64,000 bases of DNA, from positions 96,001 to 160,000 of IMG/VR virus record IMGVR_UViG_3300014205_005221, one strand, 5' to 3'. The notes under the pieces are model-generated. The model was not told the DNA's origin and searched no databases. It worked only from the letters and a program-made list of their open reading frames with translations. Source of the stretch: a virus. Taxonomy: Duplodnaviria; Caudoviricetes. Positions within the stretch are counted from its first letter, which is position 1. Every line of letters begins with the position of its first letter. Shown here in pieces: positions 36,159 through 48,900 of the stretch. The translations under genes were made by a program, and so were the position numbers.

Positions 36159-37151
36159 TCAGTTGGCGACGCGGGCGACGAGCACCTGCTCGGGGCGATA
36201 GATCACCGGGAGGAAGTGTTGTTCGATGAGATACTGGCGACTGGAAGGGTCTTTCTCCTTCCAGGTCTTAGCAAATCGACCTGTAAAGCCACGAGGGGCC
36301 TCATCGTCGGCAGTCGGGCCAAGCATGAACTCCATGGGACGGTTGTCCGAGAGGTTGGCAAAAATAATCTTGCCGTCACCCAGGAACATCGTCTCATTAC
36401 CAGCCGCGTCCTCGTAGACCGACTCGGTGGTCGTCCAGTTGAGGCCCATGAAGCCCGGCATGGTGCCCGACGAGTAGTACTCGTCCTTCATGCGGTCCGA
36501 CATCAGGCCAGCGGCGTTACCGTCGGTGGCGAAGGCGTCGAAGATCAGCGACAGCGTCTGCTCGGTGCAGAACGCCTCGCGGACCGGGACCTGACCATCA
36601 CGCTGGATCAGGCGCTTCCACGCCCGGATGTCAGCGATGATCTGCGAAGCCGATGCGCTGGCCCAGAGGGTCGACGCGGTGGGCTTGTGCGAAGCCGAGA
36701 ACTTGTAGTCGATCGACGCCTGAACGTCGTCGTAGTCGAACACCAGCTGACCCTGGAGAGCCTGCCACGCGCAGTACTCCATGAAGTTGTCAAAGCGGGT
36801 GTTCAGGTCGTTGATCTCACGGAGAACAGCGGCCTCGGCGTTCTTGGCGGCAAGCGACCCTGGCTCACGGATCCAGTGGATCGTGGTCGGCTCGAATACC
36901 TTCTTCTCGCGAAGGTAGACGAACGCGGCGCTTTCCTGGCTCCGACCGAGCCGAGGCACGATGTGCGCCTCGGAGTTCGGAACGTTGGGCTTCGCCACGC
37001 TCCGGGAACCCTTGATCACGTCCCACTTCGCCACCGGGTAAGGCCACGGCTGCTTGGAGAGACGGTTGACCAGGATCAGGTTCTCCGGAGCCTTCATCTT
37101 CTCGACCACGCCCATAAGCACGGTCGGCTCCAGCAAACTGATGTCCGGCAA
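36159..37151 (-). CDS. Major capsid protein (lambda gpE-like)
   Basis: ~330 aa after protease/scaffold and decoration genes; probable TTG start at 37151 after GAAAGGTG (track starts at 37181); TWKEKDPS...LPVIYRPE C-terminus. Confidence 0.88.
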   Translation of the reverse strand: MPDISLLEPTVLMGVVEKMKAPENLILVNRLSKQPWPYPVAKWDVIKGSRSVAKPNVPNSEAHIVPRLGRSQESAAFVYLREKKVFEPTTIHWIREPGSLAAKNAEAAVLREINDLNTRFDNFMEYCAWQALQGQLVFDYDDVQASIDYKFSASHKPTASTLWASASASQIIADIRAWKRLIQRDGQVPVREAFCTEQTLSLIFDAFATDGNAAGLMSDRMKDEYYSSGTMPGFMGLNWTTTESVYEDAAGNETMFLGDGKIIFANLSDNRPMEFMLGPTADDEAPRGFTGRFAKTWKEKDPSSRQYLIEQHFLPVIYRPEQVLVARVAN

Positions 37152-37303
37152 CTCTGTCACCTTTCTCGCTGACGCAGTCACCGGAATTATGCTGGGACTG
37201 CTATGTACATCTGATTCGTCAGCGAGTCCGATATTTAAATCGAACCCCGGCCTGCGCCACGCTGGTTAAAGCGTCATCCGGCTGGCCTACGTGCTAATGC
37301 TTA

Positions 37304-37708
37304 TCAGAAGGTAAGCGTGTCGAAACTGTCATCGAGACGAGCGTTGAGGTCAGCGATGGCGGCGGAGTCGAGTCCGACGACCAGCTGGCTCTTCAAGATG
37401 CCCGAGATGACGATGTTGCCCTGGTAGGTGTGACCCTGGGCGTCCGTACCGGTGTCAACGCCACGACGCAGGACACCGCGAGCAACACCCGCGCCATCCG
37501 AGCCGCCGTTGTCGTACTTGACCCACTTCTTATCCGTGGTGCGCTGCGCAAGCACAGTGCCCAGCGGGAGAATGCCCTGGCCAGCCGCGAGGGTGACACC
37601 CTTCTGGGTGAACCGCGCGTAGCTGTAGAGCAGCTCGGGGTCGTAAGAGGTGTTGCCCTTCCAAAAGCCCGGGGAAGGGATGATGTTGCCGACGTACTCC
37701 ACTGCCAT
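37304..37708 (-). CDS. Head decoration protein (lambda gpD-like)
   Basis: VTLAAGQGILPLGTVLA...Y.NG.SDG...ARGVL. Confidence 0.8.
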   Translation of the reverse strand: MAVEYVGNIIPSPGFWKGNTSYDPELLYSYARFTQKGVTLAAGQGILPLGTVLAQRTTDKKWVKYDNGGSDGAGVARGVLRRGVDTGTDAQGHTYQGNIVISGILKSQLVVGLDSAAIADLNARLDDSFDTLTF

Positions 37709-37754
37709 GTCTAATGCTCCTCAGGAAAAGTCGCTGCCGCCGCGATCAGCCGAA

Positions 37755-38954
37755 TCAGGAAGTCAGGTACTGCGCGGCAGGACCGTCAGACGCGGTGAGA
37801 CGAGCAAGCTCGGCCTCGACGTCGATCTCCTGCTTCTGGTGAGCCTCAGCGTCAGGAGCGACACCCTTCTCGACCGACAGAGCCACGATCGGCTCCTCGG
37901 GGAGCAGGGCGTCGAAGGTCTCCCGGTTCGACAGGGCCAGGTTCAGGTACGTCTCACGCTTGGCCGGGACGATGAAGCCCCGGTCGATGAGACCGTCGAT
38001 CTCGGTCTCGACGTTGCGCTTCTCCAGAGCGAGAATCCGCTCACCGGCAGCGTCGAAGTTGCTCGACAACTTGACGTTCTGCTGAGCAAGCTCAGACACA
38101 GCGTCAACGAGCGTGTCGGTGTCGATTTCGCCATCCTTGTTCGAGAGAGCGACCTCGGCGTCGGTACCGGTCAGAGCAGCCTTGACCTTGGCGGCCAGCT
38201 CCTCGACGTCCGGCTTCGCGGCCAGCTCCTCCTGGGCGGCAGACAGCGCAGTCTCGGCAGTCTCCGTCTTGGTCTTGAAGGTCGCCAGCTGCTCCTGCAG
38301 CGCGGTGACATCCAGCTCGTGCTCGGCCTTCAACTCGGCCAGAATCTCATCCAGCGTGCGGGGCACCGCAGCCTCCCTCTGATCGCTTGTCGCACTCATC
38401 TCAAGGAGCGCGGGGCTGCCTTCGTATTCGGACGACGCCGCAACGATCTCCTCATAGGGATCCAGCTGGGTCACGTATGGACGGTTCGTGACAGCTACGT
38501 GTAAAAGCGTCGGACCAACCTTCTGGTTGGTAGTTGTGTCGGTGTAGTTCAAATGCATGAACGCCGACGCACCCAAAAGGGTCTTACCGAAATCATCGGC
38601 ACTCTTACGCGCATCTACGTGTGCGTAGATCTTGCCGTTCTTATCATCGACCTCGATGTCGAGAACTTCACCGAGATTTGCACCAGGATTCTCGACATGC
38701 TCATTCTGGTCATTGGCAAGAGGGACCTGAACAATGGGACAGACATTGGCGTCAAAGTTGCCCTTAAGAGCATCGCCAAATGCCTTGTCAATCTTAATCT
38801 TGGTCTTGGTGACCGGATGAATCAACTCTCCATAGGAGAGGATGTGCTTCCGGAACACCCGTCCCTGCTTCTGGCGGGACAGAGCGACAGAGTCGTTCAT
38901 CTCTGTCCAGTCCGCATCCGGTGACGGCGCAATTACCGTATACAGATCGCCCAT
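37755..38954 (-). CDS. Capsid maturation protease/scaffold (Mu gpI-like)
   Basis: GPTLLHVAVTNRPYV motif; coiled-coil scaffold C-terminus. Confidence 0.85.
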   Translation of the reverse strand: MGDLYTVIAPSPDADWTEMNDSVALSRQKQGRVFRKHILSYGELIHPVTKTKIKIDKAFGDALKGNFDANVCPIVQVPLANDQNEHVENPGANLGEVLDIEVDDKNGKIYAHVDARKSADDFGKTLLGASAFMHLNYTDTTTNQKVGPTLLHVAVTNRPYVTQLDPYEEIVAASSEYEGSPALLEMSATSDQREAAVPRTLDEILAELKAEHELDVTALQEQLATFKTKTETAETALSAAQEELAAKPDVEELAAKVKAALTGTDAEVALSNKDGEIDTDTLVDAVSELAQQNVKLSSNFDAAGERILALEKRNVETEIDGLIDRGFIVPAKRETYLNLALSNRETFDALLPEEPIVALSVEKGVAPDAEAHQKQEIDVEAELARLTASDGPAAQYLTS

Positions 38955-38968
38955 GTCCGAGGTCTTCG
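38952..38968 (-). promoter_or_regulatory. Putative leaderless late promoter CGAAGAC-N7-ATG
   Basis: GCCGAAGACCTCGGACATG, no SD, just after a terminator. Confidence 0.55.
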
Positions 38969-38991
38969 GCAGCTACCAGATTCCAAACATG

Positions 38992-39028
38992 AAAAAGCGC
39001 CCGGGATCGTCATGAACCCGGGCGCTTT
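38992..39028 (-). terminator. Intrinsic terminator after MuF locus
   Basis: AAAGCGCCCGGG...CCCGGGCGCTTT stem with U-tract on the minus strand. Confidence 0.85.
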
Positions 39029-39040
39029 GACAACGCTGCA

Positions 39041-39349
39041 CTACTGAGGTGACCGCTTGCGGTTCTCCACCGCCTCCAGCGCTACCGCGCGGGCGAGAAC
39101 GTGCCGTGGCTCTTCACCTGTCTTACGTGGGATGGCTCGCCACAACGCCACCGTGGGAGTGCGCTGGGCAAGATGGCGCGCCCACTCGTCCCATGTCGGA
39201 GCTGAACCTCGGGACTCCATGATGGACGCCCCGAGTGTCCGAGCCTCGCCTCCGTCCTTGGTGCGAAGGTATGCCGACGATGTCGGGGACAGCCACACAC
39301 CGAGAACCTTGTTCGAATCTGGGTGCACATGCACCAGCGCTAGAGGCAT
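39041..39349 (-). CDS. Hypothetical protein, candidate immunity/accessory to MuF effector
   Basis: 102 aa; AAGGAG RBS; position. Confidence 0.6.
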   Translation of the reverse strand: MPLALVHVHPDSNKVLGVWLSPTSSAYLRTKDGGEARTLGASIMESRGSAPTWDEWARHLAQRTPTVALWRAIPRKTGEEPRHVLARAVALEAVENRKRSPQ

Positions 39350-39359
39350 CCCGAACTCC

Positions 39360-39929
39360 TTACGAAGACCGGGTCAAGGATACAACCTCGGGCACCGTTC
39401 CCGACGGCGCACTCAAGGCCACACCGCCCACATGCGGATTAACGTATGCCAGCTCCATCGACTCGGTATCGATGTCCGAAGAACTCTGCACGACCAGCTC
39501 ACCAGCCGGGCCCGCAAACTGCGCCTGATCCATGAGAACCCGACGCAGCTTTTCCCTGTGCGGGGCCAGGAACTCCGCCAAACCCTCGGAGAACCACGAG
39601 TTCAGCTCCCACAACCCGGAGCGAGCACTGTCCAAGGGCAACAGCTGCGTGCGAACCACGTAGTGCCCGTCTCGGTCGATTTCCTCCCAGGAGTTGATGT
39701 ACATCAGCACATCCTGGTCGCCATCGAACGACATCAGCACCGGCCACTCGCCGCGCATCTGCATCACGACCAGCACCGGGAAGTTGAACCGGCCATCCGG
39801 GTCGAGACGGCCGTCCGCCATCACCTGCGAGAACGTGGCCCCCTGAGGGAAGCTCTCATCGAGAAACACCTGCCACGCTGCCGCCGCTTCGACAGCAGAA
39901 CTGAACTGCTGCTCCGTCGGGTTGTTCAC
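39360..39929 (-). CDS. Hypothetical protein, candidate immunity protein
   Basis: 189 aa starting 2 nt after the MuF stop. Confidence 0.6.
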   Translation of the reverse strand: MNNPTEQQFSSAVEAAAAWQVFLDESFPQGATFSQVMADGRLDPDGRFNFPVLVVMQMRGEWPVLMSFDGDQDVLMYINSWEEIDRDGHYVVRTQLLPLDSARSGLWELNSWFSEGLAEFLAPHREKLRRVLMDQAQFAGPAGELVVQSSSDIDTESMELAYVNPHVGGVALSAPSGTVPEVVSLTRSS

Positions 39930-39931
39930 GA

Positions 39932-42900
39932 TCAGTCATCCTCCTCATCAGGGTTCCACGCGAGCGCTGCCGCCTTGACCTTAGCCAAAGCTTCCGCCTT
40001 GCCCGCAGCTACCACGAACCTATCTTCAATCGTCAAACCACGGATGTTTGTTACACCCTTGCTCTTCAGGTAGTCGATGAACGCCTGACGTTCCGACTGA
40101 CTGTTAAACACAGCAAGTTCGATGTCATCCAACACCGAGATTCCATGCTTAATCATGGTCTCGTTATGGTCTTGAATGCTGGTAGCTTTCTCTAAGCTAA
40201 AATCAGACTTAATTTTACGATTGTCAATTTTACCCCAACCATCGCCCTTAAAGGAATAGTTGGTAGTTTTTGCCAACACACGCGGGTTTACATAAATTTG
40301 AGAGTAATCAAAGTTATTGCCGGTCTGATTAGTGCGAACAAAGTTAAAATGTCCAGCGCCGTTAGTAATGTCCGGCGGAGAAGACTGACCTTCAATAACC
40401 TTGCCCATCATACGAGGACGCGCTTCGTTCGACCACAGACCGCCCGTACGAAGAATCGTACGCATATCACCCATACCGATGGAGTGCGTAGCAAAAGGCT
40501 TGTTCTTGAGGTACTCCCAGTCCGCATCAAAACGATCCCAGTACGGGTTGCCGCCGACTACCTCAGGACGCGCCACGTTCGGATGCGAGAACTTCGGCAT
40601 GTACTTCTGCTTATCTACAAACTCTTTAACTTGCTCTTTGCTGGTCAATCGAGACCACGCCTCGCGCCAACGCTCCAGCTCTTCTTTAGCCTGAAGCGCA
40701 GGAGTGCCCTCCGTGCCGCCCGGCAAATTGTCCCGGACGTAATCCACCACGTCTTTGTGCTTACCCTGCCCCTGGTCCCTGCGATCCGTGAGCACGCCGT
40801 ACAGGTGGCGCCAGTAGAACAGCTCCATGTCGGTATCCTCCGCAGCAGACAGGTCCAATCCCATCTGCTGCAGCGCAGTCATAGCTGCCTCGGTTCCCGT
40901 ATGCGTGCCGTCGTAGTTGCGCACCTTGATCTTCAGACCGCCCTGCTGAGACCGCCGCACGCCATCTTCGTCGTGCCACGACCGGTACTCGATTTCTGTA
41001 CCGTCAGGGAGTTCCACAACATACGTTGTACCCGACTGAAGAATTTGGCTATTCCAGCCCGATGGCTTAGATCCATTCAGAACCATATTGCCGTCATCGT
41101 CGATCGAGCCCTGCTCGTAGTAGGACACAACCTTCTTGACCTTGAAACCGTCCGACGGAGCTGCAATCTCCGGCGTGATAGCTGGCCTCTTCGGAGGCTC
41201 GAACGGGAACGGGTCAAAATCACCGTGCTTAGACTGACCGCCAAAATCGATTAAACGCTGTACGTCTTTGATTTTGCCATCGTAGTACGACAGCAAATTC
41301 TTGTACGTTTCCTTGGCTTCTGTCCAGTCAGCAAACTGTGATGGATAAATACCCGATTCGACCTCAGCAAGCTTCTTCTCAACATCCGCTTTCATGGTAT
41401 TAAAATTAGCCATGTGCGACGAGTTGAAGTTTTGATCTCCTAACCCGTTGTGATGAGAAACAGTCTTAGCAGCAGCAAGCGAGAACTGCGAATAGCTAGT
41501 AGCTCCCGCGTTACTCAAAAACTCAGTCTTTTGATAACTGTCTGAAACATCTCCTACTGTAACCGTATTGCCAGCGCGAGCCACAAGCCACTTGCGCAAC
41601 TCCTTGTCCGCCTGCTTACGGACCAGCGCAGTCATATGCAGCTCGGTACCACCCTGCGACGTCTTCACCTCTTGCGCCAGAACGTAGTTCTCCTCCAGCG
41701 CATTGCCGCCAAAGAAAGTAGAAGCTCCCGCATGTCCGGCTTCCTTCACCCGGGTGAGATGGTCCTCCGAAAACCCGGAGAACACATGCTTGCCGAGGCT
41801 CTGGCTCTTGGCTGGCTTCTCGCGACCCAGCTGCGAGTAAATACCGTCCCAGAACTTCTCAAAATCCTCGGACAATGCGTTCTTACGCGCCAGCGCCTGC
41901 GACACCAGGTCAGGCAGATCCTTGGCAGACGTCCATCCAAAGTTGGTGCGGTTCTGTAATCCCTCAGTGATTGTCGAACCCCAGGACGCATCCGATACCG
42001 ACGACGTCTTCCGTGCCTGCGCCATAGATGCGAGGTACAACGAGTCCACATCCGCGTCGGAATACTTTCCTGACAACGCAGCCTTGTAGACCTTGTCGTA
42101 GTAAGGGGTGGTCCAGTCGGACAACTGCCCGACCTTCAGCTGCATAGAGCCCGGCTTGCCGAAACGCACGAAGGAACGGGCGATGTCGATCGGCATCACG
42201 CGCTTGCCATCGGGCATCAACAGGAAGTTGTTGCCGTGAGCGTCATCGTTTGCTGTGGCCCAGTCCTGCACGTGCGCGGCCATCAGATCCTTGAGTGCCG
42301 AGATGGGCAGGTCAACAGGATCAGTGTTCATCAAGGTTCCCTGGCTGGGGACCTTGGCCTGGAACTGGCCGAACTTGCCATTAAACGTTCCCAGCTCCGA
42401 CGCGGCAACCCGGAATCCCGCAAGCTCCGCCAACTTGTGGCTGGCGTGCTCGATCTCAGCGCGGAACTTCTCAGGAGCGACCTTGAACAGGAACGGGTTG
42501 CCCTGCTCATCGGTCAGCTGCCAGATCTCCGAAGACGAGCCACCACCGAGCGGAGGCTGCTCCGCATTCATGGTGTAAGTCTTCTTCTCAAGCTTCAACG
42601 CATCATGCACAAAGCCCAGCAGTGCAGGAACGTTGTAGTGTGAATCCTCGTAAATCTTGCCCAGCAAATCCTGCATCTGCTGCTTGGCAAAAGCCGGGCT
42701 CTTGAACGTGGCAGAACCTTCAGGGGCCGCAGCTACCGCGTGCAGCGCGACCAGCTGTGCCTTTACCTCGGGCGTCTGACTAGTCAAGAACTCAACAGAC
42801 TTGTCACTGACACCAACATGGTTCAAATAAGTATCAAGCTGACTGTTGTTCCATCCCTGCACCGCAACCTTGGAATAATCCATTTCAGGAAAACCTTCGG

Positions 42901-45900
42901 GCAACGGGACTGCATAGCCGGGAGCGTACTTCTCCACTGACGGAAGAATAGGCGAAGAATGAATGTCGCCCTCGTTGACATTTTTCTGTCCAAGATACGA
43001 GAGAGAATCAGTTCCCAGCTTGTTCCCTGAAGCGTGTGCGATTGCCCAAGAACGCTTTTGGCTACTGCTTAACCCTGTAGGATGCTGCATGTTTGCGGCA
43101 AGCAAATACGCATCTACAGTCTCACTCTGCCAAAGATGCCAAGAGTCAGTGTTGGGCCACGATCCGTCAACTTTGATTCCAGCAGGAATCTCGCCTGAGA
43201 CTAACGGCGGCATCTTCTTCTTGACGAAGCCGGACGCGTTCACCGGGTTTTCAGGAGAACCCGGGTGCACCTTGCGCTTACCGTGCTGCTGAACCTTCTT
43301 GGACTCGATCTCGTAAGCCTTGTCCCACTCACCGTTGGCCCACGCGTACATCCACGCGACCAAGTCTTCCTTCTTGGTCGAGCTGTTCAGATGCTTGGCT
43401 GCAATGTTCTCGAACCCGGAATCCTTGGCCCACTTCTTCGCAGACGCCAACAGCACCGGCTTCTCGACCCAGTCCGGCCTGATGTGCCCCGCCACCATGA
43501 ACGGCTGCAACACCGGGGCGTCCGCATCGAACATGTGCGACGGCGTAGACGCGACCGGAGAGTTCTGCGGTGGCACCCAGAACATGTCACCGGACTCCAC
43601 GGCGTTCATGAACTCATCGATGTCCATGTTTGGGCCACTGGCGTCCAGCGTGACGTGCATTCCCTCGCCGTCGGTCCAGGTGCCCAGCTGCACCCCATTC
43701 CAATAACCGTCCGGCGAGACCTCATCGGGCGCGTCCGGGGTGTTGGGGACCGGGTCGACCGCAGGAGCCACCGATGGGCCGTCGTAGACGCTGTCGAGCT
43801 TGGAGACCAGCTCTTCCGGGCTGTAGACCTTCAGCACCGAGCCATCGGCATCGATCTTCTGGACGAGACCGTCAGGATCGAACTTGTAGTGCGCCACCTG
43901 CGGGGCAGCACCCGTAGACAGCAGGTTCCCCTGGCCCAGGCCAGTCAGATACACAAATTGGTTATTCTTCGCAGCAGTCTGGAAAGCCTGCGAGAACGGC
44001 GTGGTAGTCGGCGCCCACGCGTCCTGCATAGAAGCGTTGCCTGCTTTGGCTACCAGGTCGCCCAGGTACGGAGACTGCAACGCAGCGCCCGCCTGATCCT
44101 CCAAAGACGGGGGCCCGGAATCCTCCAGATCTCCCTGGAACACCGCCGTATGCGTCTGGAATGACAGAGTGTCATCCATCAGGTTCATGGCAAAAAACGA
44201 TGGTGAAATGCCCTCAGGCCCGTTCTCGCCTACCTTGAAAACGTTTCCGTTGTACTGATGCTTGTAATCGCCGATCAGGAACCCGTTAGGGTCCTTGAGC
44301 GCCTCGGTCATCCAAGAGTCCGGACTCACCTGCAACGCCGTGGGAGCAATACCCTCGCTGGTGAGATAGGGCTTCACCACATCAATATGCGCCATTGACT
44401 CACCGGATGGCGTCGCAATGAGCACCGAGCCGTCCGGGTACACGCTGTAAGTAGAAGTCCCTGAAGCGTAGTGACCGACCTGCACTCGATTCACGTAGAC
44501 AGCATTAGGATCCGTCGGAAGATCCGACAGCTTATCCCAAGTACCTAACTCAAGCATACTCTTGACAAGATCAGAATCTGTCATATGAACAGTCTGACCA
44601 GAAGACGTGTTAATGCTGTGCGCTGTTCCGTCCGGGTAGACCTTGAGCGCCATACCACCCGGAGAGGTGTAGAACCCGACCTCAGGCAACTCCGAACCCG
44701 CAAGATCCGTGCCTAATCCGGAGGTCTGGAACTTGTCACCAATCTTGTCGGCGATCTGTGCAGAACTCAAATTCTTGAAATCTCCATCGTTGATTTCAAC
44801 AACAGAGTTCTCTTCAGGATTGATCTCGAAGTAAGTTCCGCCCTCGAAATAACCATCATCGGTGTCGATGTACCCGGAAGAACTCCAGAAATGGGTTTCA
44901 CCAGTCTTGTGCGCCTGCTGGAACGCGTCCGCAAAAGAATTGTCAAAAATGCCATCCGTGTCCTTGGCATTTTTGACCAATTCCTGCAGCGAAAGAGAAC
45001 CGCCCGACACGTTGGTGGTCGGCGGACCACTGAAGAAATCTTCCACCGGGTCCGGCGCGCCCACATCTACAGGAGTGACATCCGGATCCGAATCAGGTCC
45101 AGTCACAGGCGTCGGGTTGGACGCCATGTTGTCGGCCTTGCCCTGCAGGACAGCGATAACCGCTTCCTTGAGCTTGCCGTAGTGAACCTTGCCGTTACCG
45201 CCCTTAAACGGAGCAGACAGCGGGTCCGCCTCGATGAAGGTCTTGAGATCCGCCTTGGCGAGCGGAGAGTCAATCGCCTTGAGCGGCGCCTTCACGCTAG
45301 TAGAGCTGGAATTCTTCACCGCATCGATAGCGTCGAGAATTTCCTGCTTGGTAACGCTCTTCCCTGCAACGGACACCGTAGACGGAGCAGTCGGCGCTTC
45401 CGGCGGATTGTTGAGCTGCAGAACAGCATCGTCCATGTGCTTCTGCAGCGCATCCGACACGGCCTGCTTCCACGGCGCCGAGTCCAAATGCGAATCGACA
45501 CCGAGGCTTGCTCCGAACCCGTTCTGGCCCATTCCCTTGAACGGATGTCCCGCAGGGAGATGGCCCATCAACGTGTAGAACTGACCATCCGGGTCCAATC
45601 CCAGCGGCGGGCCATCCCACAAGCTCTTGAGCAACTGCAGCTCGTTGACGCTGGCCTCGACAGTACCCAGCTGCACCTTGGGAGAATCATCCGGACCGGG
45701 CGTCTCGACAGGACCATTCTGACCTGGACGTGTCTTCACATTCAGATAGTCATTCAACCCATCGAACAGCACCTTGTTCATCTCATGAGCCGGAGTACGG
45801 CCCACGAACTCGCTCCAGTCCACGCCATACGCGAGCGGGTTATGCCCTACTTGCGCCAGCTTGCCGGACATCGTTTCACCCTGATCAAAATCGATGTCGG

Positions 45901-48900
45901 CAAAAAAGTCCTGCATCTCCTTGATCTGCGCCTGCGACGCCAGCACACCCTGGATACCCGGGCTGGCGTGCGGAACCTCGGGCAGATCCGCAGCCGGGTT
46001 CGGAACAGGAGGGTGATCTGTCTGGTGCTTATCCAGAGCATCCTGCAGCAGCGCGATCACAGCAGGCTTGAGCTTGCCGTAATGAACCTTGCCGTTGCCT
46101 CCCTTGAAAGAATCAGTCAACGGAGACGTGTTGGCGTGTCCCTGCAGGTCGACACCCGACAGCGGGGAACCAATAGCCTTGAGCGGCTTCTTCACACCGG
46201 TCTCAGACTTAGGCGACTTCTGCAGCGCGTCAAGCGCTTCCGCCACCGCCTGCGGGGTGACCGGAACACCGCCGAACGAAATGAAACCCGGAGACGCAGG
46301 CGCGTGCGTGTGTCCAGAGCCCTGCGGATCCACCGCGTGCAGCGCAGCGTGGATCGCTTCATGATCAGAAAGCCCGAGCGAGGACTGATGCTCTTCGAGA
46401 CCGTGCGACTCCTGCAGGTGCGCCACGGCGGGAGCGGCATCCAACGGCGTAGCACCGGTCTGCTGATGCGCCTTCTGCAACGCGGCAATCAGAGCAGGCT
46501 TGGTCTTGTTGTTGTAGTACGCCTTGTACGGCGCGGCTACCTCGTGGAACTTGCCTGCCGCCAGCGGGGATCCCACGCGCTTGAGGTCCGCCGCGACGTT
46601 GCCCGACGGGTTCGCAGACAGAGCGTTGATCGCCTGCTCCAGCTGCGTCGACGTCATCTCGAACCCACCGACCAACGCCTTCCCCGAACCCGGGAGAGGC
46701 TGGGTGTTCTGGATCGACACGCCCTCGTCAGTGACGTTGTTGAGGCCCGAAAGCAGCTGCGCGCGAGCAGCCGGATTGTCCGCGCCGCCGACCTTCTTCG
46801 CCTGCACACCCGCGCCCTGCGGGTTGTACTTGATCAGATCACCATCGGGCTGCAGGACGTAGAGCGTGTCCTTGGACTTGCCCGACTTGTAGACCTGCGA
46901 GCCCTCCTCCATCTGCACGGAGTGCGCGCCGACCGAAAACAACGACGGACCGTTCTTGACCACACCGCCAGGACCGCCCTCGGGCGCTTCAGGCTGGCTG
47001 AACTTCGGACGCACCGGAGCGGACATATCCTCGACGACATCACCGGTCTCAGGGTCCGTCACCGGCTCGGCATCCGCCGGGACAGCAGGCGCGCGACCGT
47101 CGAGACCGAACTCCTTGATGTCTTTTAGAATTCGCTTGTCACGGTTGACATTCAGGAGACTCTCGGCTTCCTCCACAGAGACCTTCTTGACCGAAGCAGT
47201 CTCCGAGCCTCCCGGCTCGTACGGAGAAGCGTCATCGGGCAGCGGCTGACCGCCGGTCCGCTTTCCGACGTACATGCGGACCTTGCCGCCGCCGGAGCGC
47301 TTGAAGTCGCCAAGATATCCGGTGATGTCTCCTTCGAGACCGGTCTCTTCCCACAGCTCCTTATGTGCGTTCTGCTGCGGAGAAAGATTGGCTTCGATAC
47401 CGCCCTTGGGAAACGTGTGCTCGTAACCTGCGTAGTGATCCTTGGGCTCGTAAATCCAGATGTAACCGTCAGGCTCGATCAGCGCGATGCCCGTAGCCAT
47501 CCGGCCCTCGGTGTCCGGCAACGCAGGCTCACCCGGGATCGCGACATCCGGCTTGGCCGTGAAGTCCGGCATCTTCTGACCGTTGGCGTTCTTCTTGGAC
47601 TGCGGACGATCGCCAGGCTCGGAAGTGTTCTGCGATCCCGAGGATCCCGAAGCGTTCTGCTGTCCAAGGACATTCTGCTGCTCTGGGGCCGGGATTCCCT
47701 TGGGGACAGCCTTGCCACGATCGCCGGGCTCGGCCTGATTTGGAATCGACGGAGCTTCAGGAGCAGAGCCCCCGCCCGCCTTAGACGCGTTGAACTTGCG
47801 CTGCCAATCCTCATTGAAATCGTCGTCTTCAACTTCGTCGACATCACCGAGGCTGCCGTTTGCAATCTGCTTTACCGCCACCTGTTGCAGCGGAAAACTC
47901 TTCTTAAAGTCAGACTTGTAAATTTCACCAGTTCCGTCTGGATTAACCTTTACTCCACCCCAGTTGGAATTATCAGTGAAAACGTAAGAACCCTCTGGGA
48001 GCGTTCCATTCTTCTTCAGATCCTCATTCATTTCCATGAGCGGACCCGGACCATCGGGATCCGGAACATCAGGATCGTCAGAAATTTTTGTTACTGTTCC
48101 GTACTGCTTGTGCAGAGAAAGGAACTGAGCTGTCTTAGCTTTATCGCTATCGACAGTCTCACCCTTGTGAATAGAAGTAGAAGAACCATCCTGGTGAACA
48201 ATAACCTGAGTATCTTCATCACCAGGCATGTCAACTTTATAAGTGCCTGGCTTCCAGTTCAGGTCGATAGAACCGCCCTTGGGCGTGGCCTTATCCGCCG
48301 CCTTCTGAGCCTTGTTGATGGCCTTAGCCTGCTTAGCAGAAACCTGCTTCACATTTGGCGAAGGCAGTGCTCCACCAACATCCGGAATCTTCATTCCAGT
48401 CTTAGTGTCGTAGTAATAGCCCGACACGTGCTGAAGATGACCGTTGACCATTCGCGTGTACGCCTTCACGTGCACGATCGTGGCCGCAATATAGTCGTCT
48501 CGATCTTCAGGAGACACAGTCATCGCCCACTTGGCGTACGCCTGCATTCCCTGCGCGGTCAGTCCGACCGTCGGCGCGCTAGCCGGGAAGTAGATCACCA
48601 GCGAGCAGCGACAGTTTGGGTGACGCGGAGGCGTACTCAACACCTTGGTGTAGGGAACCGGCTCAGAATCAGGAACCTCGAACGGCTCTCCGAGCGGCAC
48701 GTGCTGACCGTGCAAACGAGTACACATGGGGCACGGAGGGTTCACCAAATCGAAGCGAGCCACCCACAGCTTGTGTGCTGTCTCAGAAAGCAGCTCCGCC
48801 AACGCTTGCAGGAACTGCTCGGTAGCCGCACCACGACCCGCCTGCACCGCCGAGACAACCGCCAGCTCCGCGCGGCGCAGCATCTCCGCGAGCGCCTTAG

